Source of the DNA: Calcarisporiella thermophila CBS 279.70
Taxonomy: Eukaryota > Fungi > Calcarisporiellomycota
Length of the DNA stretch: 64,000 nt
Direction of reading: 5' to 3'
Assembly (NCBI RefSeq): GCF_041956535.1
Contig: NW_027192193.1
Coordinates: 1,045,192 to 1,109,191 of the forward strand
This document shows, one piece after another, positions 12,301 to 24,969 of the stretch (position 1 is its first letter; each line of letters starts with the position of its first letter). The position numbers were made by a program, and so were the translations under genes. The notes under the pieces are model-generated. The model saw only the letters and a program-made list of their open reading frames with translations. It was not told the DNA's origin and searched no databases.

Positions 12301-13192
12301 TGTTTCCAAGATTCAGGTATACAATGTCTCCGGTGACGAGTTCGCTCGCGGGGATCTGCATTTTCTTGCCGCCACGCAAAACCAGCGTCTCCGTCGGCAA
12401 CATGTTATTTATCGATGCCATGACCTTGGCGGTAGTCCAGTCTTGCCAGGCATTGAATGCGGCCTGGACGAAAACCACGACTAACAGCAGGATTGCCAGG
12501 GCAAGATTCAGCGGATCGGGCGGATTCCCTATCGGCTTCCAGGCCAACCTATAGTGGAAAAGAGGGGGGGGGGGGATCTACTCTAGTCGAAGGGAAAACG
12601 GCTCATTGGTAATATACATTCTCACCAACAGATAAGGCTAGCACACCACATCAAAACATTGAAGCCGCCAAAAAAGAAGCTTGCGAGCTTCCCCAGGTAG
12701 TTGTTGCGCGGAGGACTGATGGCATTCTTGCCACTTTGCTGCAGCCGTTTCAGCGCCTGCTCGGGGCTCAAGCCCTCGACGAACGAGGTCGTAAACCGAA
12801 CGAAGATCTCGTTGACGGGGATGGTGTGGAAATCGACCTCGGCAATTTCTGTCATCCACAGTCCATGGTTAGCGCATCCTCTACATTACCAGCTCGCAAT
12901 GCAACATCAAACCTTGGGCAGCCTGAATTTTGATGGGGGGCGCCCTCGCCTGCTGAGTCTCAGTGACATGGATACTCAGCGTCCTGTAGGTGATAGGGAT
13001 TCTGGTCTCCAGCGTCGAAGTCCGGAAGCGGATTTCGGTTTCCCGCTGGCGCTCTGCGGATGTAAGGTTCGAGGCGGATGCATGCGATGTTAGAGTGCGA
13101 CGAAGGGAAAGACGGCGATCTTCGCTGCCCCCGTAGGTGCGAACACGCCGCAAATCGAGGTCGTTGTGGCCGGAATTGGGATGGCTGTCCAT
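9338..13192 (-). CDS. Na+/K+-ATPase-like P-type ATPase (fungal ACU type)
   Basis: ILTGESE, CSDKTGTLTQN, KGAPD, MVTGD, MTGDGVNDSPSLKAADVG and YLLPAGSWSE motifs; multi-exon. Confidence 0.9.
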
Positions 13193-14409
13193 TTTTTGCG
13201 ATCAAGGGCAAGATGCCGTTTGCCAGCGACGTCGTGAAGGCTTGCTGGGAAAAGAGCGAAAGGCAAGCGCAACAAAAACAAACGAAGGACGATGCGCCCT
13301 ATCAGCATAGAAAAAATACCTTGCAATGTTTTTACGGACTTGTAACTGAAAATCAACCAATGATTTTCATTACAGCAAAAAGGGATGGCTTTCAGATCGC
13401 TCTCACCTCTTAGACGAGATGGATGAAACCGTTGCAAACAACCCCAGGGGTGGTGAGGGCTCCAATGCCCTTTGATCCGCGTGTTTGCGGCGGGGATCGC
13501 ATGGGCGGCGGCCTTGCTTGAATCGGCCCAGCGAGCGACGGCGACGCTCGCCCACGGCCTGCTTCGCTTGCTCTGTTCCGCCGACCGCGCTGATTGAATG
13601 GATTCCCGCCGAGTTCTTGGCAACGGAGCTTTGCGAGAGCCCGGGCATGGAAGTGCTGCGCGGCGACGATGGAGCCGCGCTGTACAGCCATCACCTAAGC
13701 TGTACTGCAGATCTGTCGAGCGAGGCAGCCCTGCTACTTTGGAAGGTTCCGGGCGACCAGGTGGCCCTGAAAGCCTCTTCGTCGTGAATCTTCTTCCTGG
13801 CCGGGTGATCCCAGCATCGGCTCAATCGATGGGAACCACATGCATTTGATCGATGGCCAATCGCATCTTCTCCGCCACGGCTTAGACCCATTTTCGGCAA
13901 TCCAATCTGGCTCCGTCATCAAGCATGAAGCGGCTCCGCACTGTCCAAGCCTCCCATGCAGCTCTCTTCACGCTACCCATCGGAGGGGCCCGCATGCAGC
14001 CTGTGTAGCCGATTTGCAGCGCAAGCCCCCGGCCTTACGGAGGACAGAAACTTCCAGAATGGAAGCCTTCTCCTTCCTTGCCCAAGGCTGGGGAGCGAGG
14101 GCCCATCGGCCTTACACTTCTTGGATAGTCCATTCCCCTCGGCAAACGGGTGGGGCATGGAGCATTCTTCTCCGAAAACGATGGAAAGAAAGTATATTGG
14201 CCTTTCCAATTTACAAAAAATAGGTTGGAGCGGAACAGGCACCAAGTTAACAACAAAAGCAAAAGTGAAATAGTATTATATGGTATTGATAGGAGGAGTA
14301 AATACAGGTAACATGGTCATATGCTATTAACAGGGATGCAACAGGTGCGGGATATACAGGTACTTAGAGTAGATATCTTGCTTTCAAGCCTATTCACAAG
14401 CGTGGAGCC

Positions 14410-15663
14410 TCACGACGCCCTCACCGCCCTCAAGCACTTGGGAGAACACGTCTTCAACCGCTGAATTGCCTTGGGATGGCCCGGAACTCCTCCTTGTCGC
14501 ATCGTTCGCCAGTACTCCCCCACAACCACGCCGTCGCATCCTGCGCAGGAGCAAGCCCGCTTGATATAATTCTCCAGGTGTGGGGGCAGATGTGTGGGGC
14601 GGCGACGGGGAGCTGAGGAGAAGGAGTGGGCGAGAAAGCGGCGGAGAGCAAGCTCGAGGAGAGAGAGCACTGGCCTGGGCGGGTCCAGCTCGTCATTCTC
14701 GTCGTCAGAGGCATCGTAGCGGAATGAGGAGGAATCTAGGCCCCCCTCAAGGGAGGGGTGGCCTTGTGGCGACCGGGGCAGAGCGTGGGGTGCCTCTTCG
14801 CTGCAAGAGACCGTATCCATGGCCACATCCTTCGTTGGCTCAGGCCCTCGCTCCGAAGCCAGCACGACCTTCAGCCTCTTACCCTCGTGGCTCTCCTCTC
14901 TGCTGAACGGATTCCCAGTGACAACCCACCCACGGCTCCTAAACCACTGCACCACCTCTGCTCCCAGCACCCATAGCTCATTCTCGTCCAGCTCGATGCC
15001 ACCCACCGCCTCTAGCGCCCGTATTTCCGTGGGCAATCTTGTCAGCCGATTGCCTCGCAAGTTTAACCACCGTAGCCGGTGGAGAGATCCAATGGCGGAG
15101 GGCAAATGCTGAAGTCGGTTGTGCGAGAGATTAAGCGACTCTACACTTGATAGATACGCTATTGTCGGAGGGAGAGAGAGAAGGCGGTTGTGGGAAAGGT
15201 CCAATTCTCGTAACGCTCCCCACCCCACAAAGCATTCCTCGGGGATGGCGGCTATGTGGTTTCCCCCATACACCGAGCCTAGGATCAAACACTCCATCGC
15301 CCCCAGTGCGCACATTGTTTCCGGCAGCGTGGTTATCTTGTTTCCACAGAGCCTTAGCGCCTTCAGTCTGCCCAAATGTAAGAACCGGTCGGGATGGAGG
15401 AACTCGAGCCGATTGTGAGACATATCCAGAGAGGTGAGAGAGGGGGGAAGCTCGGGCAGAACGAGGAACGCATTGTTGGCAAGATTGAGATGCGTGAGGT
15501 GTGCTAGCCGGCCAAGCGAGGGAAGCGCGTCGAGCTGGTTGCGAGAGAGATCGAGATGCGTTATAGTGTGAGGAATGAGGGGAGGAGAAGTAAGCCGGCG
15601 TCTGCGGAGAATTAGGCTAGTCGACGTCTCATTATCGTGTTGCGTGGAATTAGCACTAAGCAT
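14410..15663 (-). CDS. Leucine-rich repeat protein with C-terminal SLLELA box and Cys-rich motif
   Basis: Repeated LxxLDLSxNxLxxLP; C-terminal CxCxxC...CSxxC (LRRC58-like tail). Confidence 0.85.
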   Translation of the reverse strand: MLSANSTQHDNETSTSLILRRRRLTSPPLIPHTITHLDLSRNQLDALPSLGRLAHLTHLNLANNAFLVLPELPPSLTSLDMSHNRLEFLHPDRFLHLGRLKALRLCGNKITTLPETMCALGAMECLILGSVYGGNHIAAIPEECFVGWGALRELDLSHNRLLSLPPTIAYLSSVESLNLSHNRLQHLPSAIGSLHRLRWLNLRGNRLTRLPTEIRALEAVGGIELDENELWVLGAEVVQWFRSRGWVVTGNPFSREESHEGKRLKVVLASERGPEPTKDVAMDTVSCSEEAPHALPRSPQGHPSLEGGLDSSSFRYDASDDENDELDPPRPVLSLLELALRRFLAHSFSSAPRRRPTHLPPHLENYIKRACSCAGCDGVVVGEYWRTMRQGGVPGHPKAIQRLKTCSPKCLRAVRAS

Positions 15664-16213
15664 GGAGTAGGGTGGAGTGGGATGGGTGAACGGGTATAGC
15701 TTGATAAATAGTCATGGAGAGGGGGGAGGGGTATGGGCGCTAGAAACGACACTATAAAAATGCAGCTGCAAAGATCATGCGATGTTCGTTTTCAAACTCA
15801 AATAGTGTGACTTGTTGCATTATCAGTTCGAAAAAAAATATCCGCGATAGAAAATACAATCAAAAAAGGAACAAAAAAAAAGCACACACACAGGACTTTT
15901 CATCATCAACGCCGGTAAAAGCATAAATAAGAGAACAAAAACAAGGAAAGAAACACGCTCGAGGTCAAATAGAACGAAAGACAAGAGAAGACACGAAAAG
16001 AAAAGAAAAACACGCTACTCAACGAAACAAAACGCAAAGGCAAAAAATGCAACTAGCAAAAAGTCGCTCACAATAATTTCCCCCCCCCCCCCCTATATAT
16101 ATATAAAATATAAAAGAGACTTGCCACACGCGAAAGAGAGAGAGAGAGAGAAAGAGATGAAACAAAAGAAAATTAAAAATCATCCAAAACCTATCCTTGC
16201 CATCTCGAGCCCT

Positions 16214-18402
16214 TCATTTCGAATCTATCCTATTTTCTTGTCTGGGCTCTCCAATCATCAGCTTTCCCTCCAGAAGCCCCGAAATGTCTTCCTCCTCGCC
16301 ATCTCCATCATCGTCCCCTCCTCGGCCTCCCTCCTCCTCCTCTCCAGAGGTGGAGTAGGAGCTCGTCGGGGTGGTTCGCCCAGAACTATCCAAATTCAAG
16401 CTCGATGTCTCATCGCTTACAGAGCTGGCGTACCCAAAGGGATGCGGCGATGCAAAGTAGATCGGATGCATTGCGGGGTAGGCTGCTGCGGCAGTGGAGG
16501 ACGCGCCCTGAGGAGCAATCGGAACCGCGTAATAAGGATAATAGCCTTGTGGGAGCGAGGACAGACTTGAGGAGTCGTGCGATTGGACCAACGTCTGCAC
16601 CATGGGCTGGGGTTGAAGTGGCGCGTTGATGGCCGAGGCCCCAACGCCTAGAACCGATTCGGGAGTCACGGGACCGGTGGTAAATTGAGGCTAAAGGCAA
16701 GCATGAGAAGGAAAGTTATTAAAAGTACTGAAATGAGTATGAATCAAGAGTGGAAGGAGGAAGGGGGTGTTGAGGTTCTCCCAGCGGCTAGCCGGCTGGT
16801 ACATCCACTCTGCGTGGGGTTAAAGAGCAATGAGGGGGAGGGGGGAGAGGGGGAAGGGAAAAAGTGGTGTGACATACGGTATAATAGCTCACACGAAGAG
16901 TCTTTTGCTTTTTTCCTGTTTTAGTTTTGTGCTGTGTTTCCACGTGGGCAAACCGCACTTGCAGAGGGCCAGTGCACCCCGCGATAAGGGAGTTATTGAA
17001 CTTGGTGATGCATGCCTCTGCTGACTGCCGATCGCTCATTCTAATAGGAAACAAAAAAGCAAACCCCCATTAGCGCTGATGCAATGGTAATCCTTCTCTG
17101 GCAGTAAGGGGTGCGATATACTTTGCCCATCCTATGCCACGGCTGACATTGGTTTCAGGGTGTCTAAATATTTGCGACTTTTCTGTTTTGTAGGGAAGAA
17201 GCATCTCCTCTAATTTCTAACATGGAAAAAAGAGAGGGGTTCATTTGCATCCATTGCTCTGAAAAAGAAAGAAAAAAAACCCGGCTCAACAGCGACCTTA
17301 CCTGTTCGTCCATGTCTAAGGGTAAATTCGCAAAATATAGATTGGTTGAGCCAAACTCTTGCATCCCTCGCATTCTCAAGCCAAACGAGTCCTTCAATGG
17401 AGAGCACAGTTAAGATCCTTCTCAACCGGTGGGCATGGGAAATAACCCAAAACACTACTGACCTTGGCAAAGGACACCTGGAATCCCATCTGATTGAGGG
17501 CATGAATGGCCTTTTTTGCCTCCTCCTCTGTTTCATACATGACAAATCCATAGCCCTTGCAGCTGTCATTTTTGGAATCAATGATAGCTTTGGAGGAATT
17601 GATCTTGCCATAACTATTTGGGATAAAATAAGGAACGAAAAACAAAAAAAGGATGTCTCTTTCTTAATATGGAAAAGAGGGAGACATGGACAGTCCAGAG
17701 ATAAACTTACGCGCAACACATATTGTAGAACGAATCGTCCGTCGTCGAGGGCGGCAATCCACGCACGTAAATGTTCGTCACGTGCAATGGGTTGTAGAAT
17801 GGATCGCTTTGAGCGTGCAGCGATGGCGACTGCATTGGCCCAGGCTCTGGCTGTTGCGGCTGCTGCTGATGCTGCAGCTGCTGGTGATGGTGGTGGTGGT
17901 TTGATACTCGCTGACTTTGGTGGGAAGCACTTGAAGTAGAGGATTGAGAGGAGGTGGAGTTTCGTTTATACGCGTCTGGCCTCGGTAGTGGAGACGCGAC
18001 CGCGGCAGCCGCGTTTCCCTGCGTACTGGCATACCGTCCTGCTACAGGATAATAATATGGAGATACTGCGGGCACTAGTACCATGGCGGGTGCAGTATGG
18101 GATGGGTGAACCTGTGGGTTCTGCGGGGAGGGGGCAGGAGCAGCAGGATGGAAATAGGCCTGCATGGGTGGATAGGATGAGGGCCGAACCGCGGTGGGCG
18201 AGCCATGAAGAGGCGGACTCATCATCACCGCGGCGGGATTGGCAGGCGTCGTGGGGTAAGTAGGGAGGGCGTAGTAGGCATACTGGGTTGGCACGGCACG
18301 AGGATACTCGTACTGGGGTTGCTGGTGGTGTTGTGGAGGCAGCTGCGGATGATGTTGGTGCTCGGCGCGGCCTTGGTGATAATAATGTTTTCTATTGTCC
18401 AT
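16214..18402 (-). CDS. Two-RRM RNA-binding protein (RBMS/MSSP/Sup-26-like) with low-complexity termini
   Basis: TNIYVRGLPPSTTDD, CKGYGFV, STNLYFANLPLDMDEQ, SRGIG, PLQVRFA; multi-exon; 3' exon structure uncertain. Confidence 0.85.
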
Positions 18403-19096
18403 AATGCGAAGGTTTTTTCAAAACTTGCTTCGCCCCCGTTTTCTTTTTTAGCTGGTACCAGTTTGTGTTGGCGAAGGGGGAAAAAAATGGAAAAAAGGGC
18501 AAGGAGCTCTAGGGAAAGGATAGGGTATCGATGTGGGGAGAGGATTAAAAATATGGGGAGAAAAGGATATAGAATGGGGGGAATCTAGTGTTATGTAAAT
18601 AAGAAACCAGTAGGTAAGAAGCAAGAAGGAAGGAGAAAGAAAACAATAAATAGAATTCCAGTTCTTTTCCCTACCTATGCGTGGGGGTTGGATCTCACTC
18701 GCCGATGGGTACTCCTTCGCCGTCTCTACAAGGGCTACAATCGCGGCCAACAATGCTGATGAACGCGTCCAATTCGGGGGGAGCCGAGGGAAGGAGGAAT
18801 GGAGCAAATAAGAAAGGCAAGCTATAGGAGAATATAAGAATTCGAAACTCGTGGGTGTGGCGATTGGGGGGGTGGAAAATTGAAACGCATCTCACAACCG
18901 GAAGCGATCCACAAAATCCAACGGCTCCTTTCCCTCCACGGCCAAATTGCTCGGATCCCGCTGTCCTGCTGGCTGAGGGCCATGTTGGATTCTAACAGGA
19001 GGGTGAGGCGCAGCATCCCCCCTGCTTTCGGCTAGAAATACAAACACACTCTAGGATCTTACGATTGGAAGGTTTTACAATCCATCGACCTATACC

Positions 19097-19829
19097 ATGA
19101 ACGCCATTTTCAGGACTGCACGTGCGGCCGCTGTGCTGCGTCCATCTCAATACGGTAGGTTTAGTGTGGAATACTGCAGCCACTGGCAAGGATGAAAACT
19201 CACGATCGTCTTTAGTCCGTACCTATGCCACCGAAGCACCCGCATCGGGCAAACTTCGCCTCAACTTTGCACTTCCTCACGAGGTAGGTGATCCAGACGC
19301 TTGCTCTCCTCCCCAACCCCTTTCTCGTTATCTTTTATTTACATTCATTAACTTCCCTGTATTTCTTCAAACAATTAGACCATTTACAAGAATGCCGAGG
19401 TTCAACAAGTCAATCTCGCAGCCACTACCGGTGACATGGGTGTTCTGGCCAACCATGTTCCGAGTATTGAACAGCTTCTTCCCGGTGTAGTGGAAGTGCT
19501 CGAGGCAAGCGGATCGAAGAAGTACTTTGGTAAATATTCAATATCCATTTTTTTTTTCCTTCGGCGGCGATGAGAATAAAGCCCATAATTAATGAATGGC
19601 ATTGATCAATTTAGTATCGGGTGGTTTCGCTGTCATCAACCCCGATTCAACTCTTAACATTAATGCCGTCGAGGCCTTCCCTCTTGAGGACTTCTCCGTT
19701 GAGGCAGTCAAGTCCAATCTTGCCGAGGCTCAACGACTCTCGGCTGCTGCCACAACAGAAGAGGAGCGCGCTGCCGCCAAGGTTGAGGTGGAAGTGTATG
19801 AAGCATTGCAGTCGGCCCTATCGAAGTAA
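19097..19829 (+). CDS. ATP16: Mitochondrial F1 ATP synthase subunit delta
   Basis: Presequence, KLRLNFALPHE, TGDMGVLANHVPSIEQL, SGGFAVINPDSTLNINAVEAFPLEDF; 3 introns. Confidence 0.95.
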
Positions 19830-20116
19830 AGGGTGAGGCCATCTCGATAGCTATCATTTATTTATAGAAGGATAAAAAATGCCAAGAATAAAAACACGAA
19901 AAATACGCAAAGGTCCTTCCCCCCTCCCCCCATTGTTTTGTTTCAAAAGATGGAGCAGATCCGAATATAGAAAGACATGCATGGATAAAGCAGTAGGACT
20001 TTTATTTACAAAAAACACATGCGCGCGACTCAGGAGAAATAAGAAAAAAAAATATAGAAGCGAAAAATAAGAGAAGCCTTCAAAATACAATGGATAGGTA
20101 TAGTCCTGTAAATGAT

Positions 20117-21230
20117 TTATGCCCTTCTACTGGATGAGTGTCCCGCCCAATGACCCCCCACCTCCATCTCATACTCCATGGATAATTTTTTCTCGTGTCT
20201 TGCCTCTAGGGGTCGGGCCACATGACTCCTGCCCTCCTCCTCTGCGTGCTCATCTTCTTCATCCGAATGCAGTGCGAGGAACTCGTTGAAAGCCTCTTCG
20301 TCCTCCTTCTCGAGCCGAATATCCTTCCTCGTTTTCTTCTTCACAATCTGATCCACAAGCCAAAACTGAACAATGTTCATGATCAGGGGGAAACTATCAT
20401 TGCCAAGAGAGAATTAAATAAGCCGAAACGAACGTAAACCCACAGGACCTCCTAAATGTATCACGCCAACTTACATTAACATCACGAACACCACTTGGAG
20501 TTTTGTGTTGCCCATGCTCCATGCTAGTGACCACCGCCCAAAGTCGACCAGGAAGGGCATTAGGCTGAATAACAGCAGGACGACCGCCTTCATAATAATC
20601 AGTGCCACAATAAATAGAGCGCACTGTTTCGACCAGCGCGCCAATTGGGCACGCAGAGGCGGCTCGCCGTATTCGCCCGATCGCAAGTCTTTGATGCCAA
20701 AATAAAGAACAATCTGATTGAGCCCTTGAATAATGCACCAGAGAATAAACACCCCAATGGTTGTGTCGATGAGAATATTAAGGAAATACCTAACGGGCAA
20801 GCCATGGTTAGGGCAATTAATTGCATGAGCGGTCAGGCTAGAGCGCTTACCAAACACAGGGATTCGACCCTTTGATTGCCTCTCCATTGATATAGGATAG
20901 GGCAATATTTAAGATGTGAATAACTCCAGCCCCGATGACCTGTTTTGAAACGTCAAACCCCCTGAATTGAAGAGGATCACATCAATGGCACAGGAAACAT
21001 AATCTCTAAATCGTCTTCGCTGCTTACCAGATTAGGAGTGGCCGCCTAGGATCTTCGCGTTGTCTCTTGTAGATGAGTGTGGAGAAAGCCAGCGCCGCCA
21101 GAAAGATTTGAACGATCACAGCAAACTCGTCCATCAATTTGCATCCTGCCTGGTCATCAGCAGGTGCTGCGGGTGCATCTGAGGCCTGGCGTGGTTGCAG
21201 CGAGGCAAACATGGAGCCAGATGGGATCAT
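20117..21230 (-). CDS. STIMATE/TMEM110 (YPL162C-like) membrane protein
   Basis: CKLMDEFAVIVQ, KRQREDPRRPLLIW, FDVSKQ, YFLNILIDTTIG, SGEYGEPP, PLIMNIVQFWLVDQIVK. Confidence 0.85.
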
Positions 21231-22738
21231 AATTTAAATCAAGCCAAGAGAGTGGGAGGATAGAGGGCTATTTTATTTTTTCAACTTAACACTATATGAT
21301 TGGCAAATTTCGAGAATAACCTAACCTAATATCCAATTTTCCATCACGAGGCATTGATGAGAAAATGAAAGGTTTTTCAGTCAGGAAATAATTAAGTGGT
21401 GCTGGCTTTGATTGATTATGGAAACTTCAAATTGCTACTCCCTCAACGCGCAAAACTATAACTCAAGACAGCTTAACTATACCAACCCTGAAAAATTGCA
21501 TTTTCTTATAGGTCGTTCACACAGAGGGCTCGTCACATCGGACACCACGTCGTTACTTTACGCCTGCCCACCTCCCCAACCTCTGCTGGAAAATGGAGAC
21601 TACTCTCACTCGCAACACCTCCCTCTCTATGCTGAACTGATAAATGAGATTTTCTTTCTGCGCGATTGCAGTGAAACCTTCGTCATGGAAACCACGCGTG
21701 ACGTGATCTGGGATATCCATCCCAAATTTCTATCCCACGATCTCTCCAACAAGGTCCCCTCTTGCGTATCTGCACTATCCACATCGTGTTTCGGGTGCCA
21801 ATCACGATTCGAAATCTGGGTGATGATCTGAGTGGCCATATATGGAAACGCGGTGTTAGAGTTGGACTCTTTTGTTAATATGTCTCAGTTTGGGAAGAGC
21901 GATCGCAGCATCCAAGTTTTGTTGGGAAGGATCCAAAACAAACGGAGCGGCAGAGGCCTCGCCTCAGAGCGCGCAGCCGCGGCTACGGCCTTTTTTGCCG
22001 CGCGGCCAAGAGGGAAATAGAATTGGTCGAGGCGGGGGAAAAATCATGCCATGGCGGTAGTCACTCGGAAGCTTGTTCTCCACATTTTCTCAACTAAGGT
22101 TAAATGGATGGTTTGCAGAGGGAGGGCCGGAGGGTGGGGATTGAATTTTCGTTATGTGCAATTAGGGTTTCCCATCCTGCTGAGAAGCAATTCATTTCCC
22201 CACGTCCTGTTTATCGCATTCTCCCTCTGCGCAATCCGCGCGGGCCGCCATTGGCCTGATCGCATGATATCATTGCCGGAGGCCCTTGCGCTGTGCCGCG
22301 GCAGGGGGCGGCGAGGGAGGCAGGGGCGTGCCTTAGGGCCACGGCGCTTGTGTTGGGGGAAGAGGTTGAAACACGCTGATAAACAAAAAGAAAAATTAGG
22401 CTTGATATGAATCAACACGAAATAAGTTAAGCGAACAAGTTCTTGGTTCTTCTCAATTCAAAACCTAATATATATCCACCCGCGATCTCTTATCTCTAAT
22501 GATAGCCGTAGTTTTTTTTTCTTATTTAATATAATTTTTTCCACTTCATCCTCTCTTTTACCATCGCATGAGGGTGTGAGAATTCCGTATCCCTTGCTTG
22601 CATTTGATGATTCCCCCTTCCTAATCCCTTTCCCATCTGCTCTGTTATCCCCCATTCTTCTTCTCCACCACCTCTGCTGACTCACCATTCCCATTGATTT
22701 CGCTTCACACGCATACTTAACTATCCATTTCTACTCTA

Positions 22739-24028
22739 ATGCCATATTGCCCTCCAAATCAACCCACACTCCTCTTATCACACCACTCACATCATGCGCC
22801 TTCGCAGCCAAGGCTCTCTTCCTGGCCTCGCTTCCTCGTGGTCTCCTCCCCAGACGCGACAGGGATTGCCACCCAGAAGAAGGGCTTTTGGTCTGGAAAT
22901 GACTCTGCATACTTGCCTCTTTCCACGCGTGAGATGACGCATCCCAATTTGGGCGAGAATATAATGATTTCGCCCAAGCTGGAGCCCCATGAAGTGCGGA
23001 AGAAGAGCGGAGAAATTGTGCGCCCTGTACTAAAAAGATCCAAGAGCGAGCCCACTCCATTTTTAAAGAAGTCGGTGCATTTTGACGCACAGCTGGAGTA
23101 CGTCCGCTTTTTCAAAGAAATACGAGAGAATAAGATAAAAAATGGCGGAAAAAGCAACCATATTGGAAAGTTAGGGGATTTTGAAGGAGCGGTAGCCAAG
23201 GAGGAGGATGGCGAGGAGGAAGAAGAAGAGGACGAGGAGGACGAGGAAGGAGAGGGCGAGGGAGAGGAAGAAGAGGATGAAGAAGAGGGAGAAAATGAAG
23301 AAGGAGTTGAAAAAAAGGAGGACCTTAACCTCTCGCTTCCTAACTTTCCTCCCTATACCGCTTTGTCTACCTCCTCCCCGGTCCACATTGAATCCATCCA
23401 ACTCCGTGGCCATATTCTCCTCGGGCTTGTTCAGGTTCAGAATATGGCCTTCAGCAAGCAGGTTACTGTTCGCTACACACGCGACTATTGGGCAACGGTA
23501 AACGATATCGAAGCAGAATACTTTGATTCACAGACCTCTGGGCCTTGTGGGAGAACCGCCCTGGATCGCTTCAAATTCAAACTGCGTGTGAGTGCGGGGG
23601 ATGAGATGTTCCTGGCAATCCGATATTGTGTGATGGGGAAAGAATACTGGGCCAACAACGGAGGAATGAATTACCACGTCCGCGTCGAGTCCAAACCCGG
23701 TCATGAGAAAAAGAAAAAGCTGCGAAGAGGAGCGACGCAGCTGGATGGTGAGGAGCCCGCTGCCTTCAGCCCCGAGTACCTATTAAAGTCCAGCCTCTCG
23801 AAATATGATCTTGGCGCTTCTCTCAATGCGGCGCTTTTGCTCCATAAACCTGTCCGACGCTCTTCCCCCCTGCCGATTCCAAAAACTCCCATGGCTCTTA
23901 AGCCACACTCGCCTGTCGACTCGGAGGACTATCTGAATCTCGTGTCAAACTACTGTTTTTACCGGCCCTCGTCTCCACGGGTCGTGTATTCTAGTTCGCC
24001 TCCCACCTCTGTGTGTATCAATGGATGA
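22739..24028 (+). CDS. Protein phosphatase 1 glycogen-targeting subunit (CBM21; Gac1/Gip2-like)
   Basis: RVxF motif KKSVHF; VQNMAFSKQVTVRYT and YWANNGGMNY of CBM21; intronless. Confidence 0.9.
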   Translation: MPYCPPNQPTLLLSHHSHHAPSQPRLSSWPRFLVVSSPDATGIATQKKGFWSGNDSAYLPLSTREMTHPNLGENIMISPKLEPHEVRKKSGEIVRPVLKRSKSEPTPFLKKSVHFDAQLEYVRFFKEIRENKIKNGGKSNHIGKLGDFEGAVAKEEDGEEEEEEDEEDEEGEGEGEEEEDEEEGENEEGVEKKEDLNLSLPNFPPYTALSTSSPVHIESIQLRGHILLGLVQVQNMAFSKQVTVRYTRDYWATVNDIEAEYFDSQTSGPCGRTALDRFKFKLRVSAGDEMFLAIRYCVMGKEYWANNGGMNYHVRVESKPGHEKKKKLRRGATQLDGEEPAAFSPEYLLKSSLSKYDLGASLNAALLLHKPVRRSSPLPIPKTPMALKPHSPVDSEDYLNLVSNYCFYRPSSPRVVYSSSPPTSVCING

Positions 24029-24439
24029 GGAGCGTAGTTTGCTTGCGAGGAGTTATAATGAATTGTATATACATATATATATAACATATTCTATCTTTGA
24101 TTTTTTTTTCCATTGCTATTCGATGGACTTATATTGCTTAACACGGATATGTGAATTGAAAATGCTATTTCTTGTATTCTCTTTGTAGTTTAAATAGTCT
24201 TATACTATTTGTCATATGGTCTATTGTGTGGATTATATTCTCTGTGGATTATCTTTTTCTCCTCTTCTCTTTTTTTACTTTTCTTTTTTCGTCACCCTGT
24301 TATTTCTTGATCAAAAGACACAAAATTGTTCTCACTTATTCTATTGTTTGTTTCTATTCGTCATTGGTTTGTCACCCTCGTTGCTTGTTTTTTATAATCC
24401 AAAATAAAAGCTACATTATTCCCACTGAATATTAAAGTT

Positions 24440-24645
24440 GCTTCCGGCAGGCTTGAGAGTTTATCCCGCCCTGTCATTTCTTCCACATGGGCCCAGCGCT
24501 GAATGGGTCGTACCCCCGGGGCGGTGTCGGGGAAGAAAGCATCCTGTGGATCGAAATAGTCACCAAAAGCGGTGCTCAACAGTGTACCCCATTAGGCTCG
24601 GATCTGGCTCAGCCTGATCCACAGGCAGTCGAGCACGATGCCAAA
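24440..24645 (-). ncRNA. Putative unassigned structured element
   Basis: Perfect 10-bp and 8-bp inverted repeats enclosing inner hairpins, in a GC-rich island within AT-rich intergenic DNA. Confidence 0.3.
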
Positions 24646-24969
24646 GAGCTTGTGAAAAATAAGAAATAAATAAAAAAAGCTTATTGCATACGTAATCTTG
24701 GTGCTCACCATCATGCCTCCATTCATGGCTCCACGATTTTTCGCATTTTCCCGCTCCTATGCAGATTGGTATGACGATTTCACCTTCTTTTCATTTAAGC
24801 ATATGCGCATGTTGTTTGTTAAAGTTAAAAAAGAGTTTTAGTTGAAAAGGGAGGCGGGGTTATACAAAATAATTTCCAGAACGATGAGAAGATAAGACAC
24901 ATTTGAAAGCATTAATGAGGAGAAATATGTATATATAGAAAAAAGTTGTACAAGGGAAAAACTGTTCAT

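Noticed and set aside
10360-12554. Long antisense/alternate-frame ORFs over the P-type ATPase (and similar ones over the LRR, CAF-1 and LYAR genes)
   Set aside because: Shadow ORFs from GC-rich or low-complexity coding sequence; no protein motifs.
13200-14300. Many overlapping short ORFs in GC-rich intergenic DNA (also 21400-22700)
   Set aside because: No recognisable domains or consistent splice structure; most simply read as extended promoters.
24438-24615. SECIS-like ATGA-N11-AAA...GA (minus strand) downstream of in-frame TGA codons (CGSG-TGA, HC-TGA), suggesting a selenoprotein
   Set aside because: Helix II pairs only ~6 bp with a bulge, the AA-to-GA spacing is short, and the reading frame resembles no selenoprotein family (no CxxU or GCUG).
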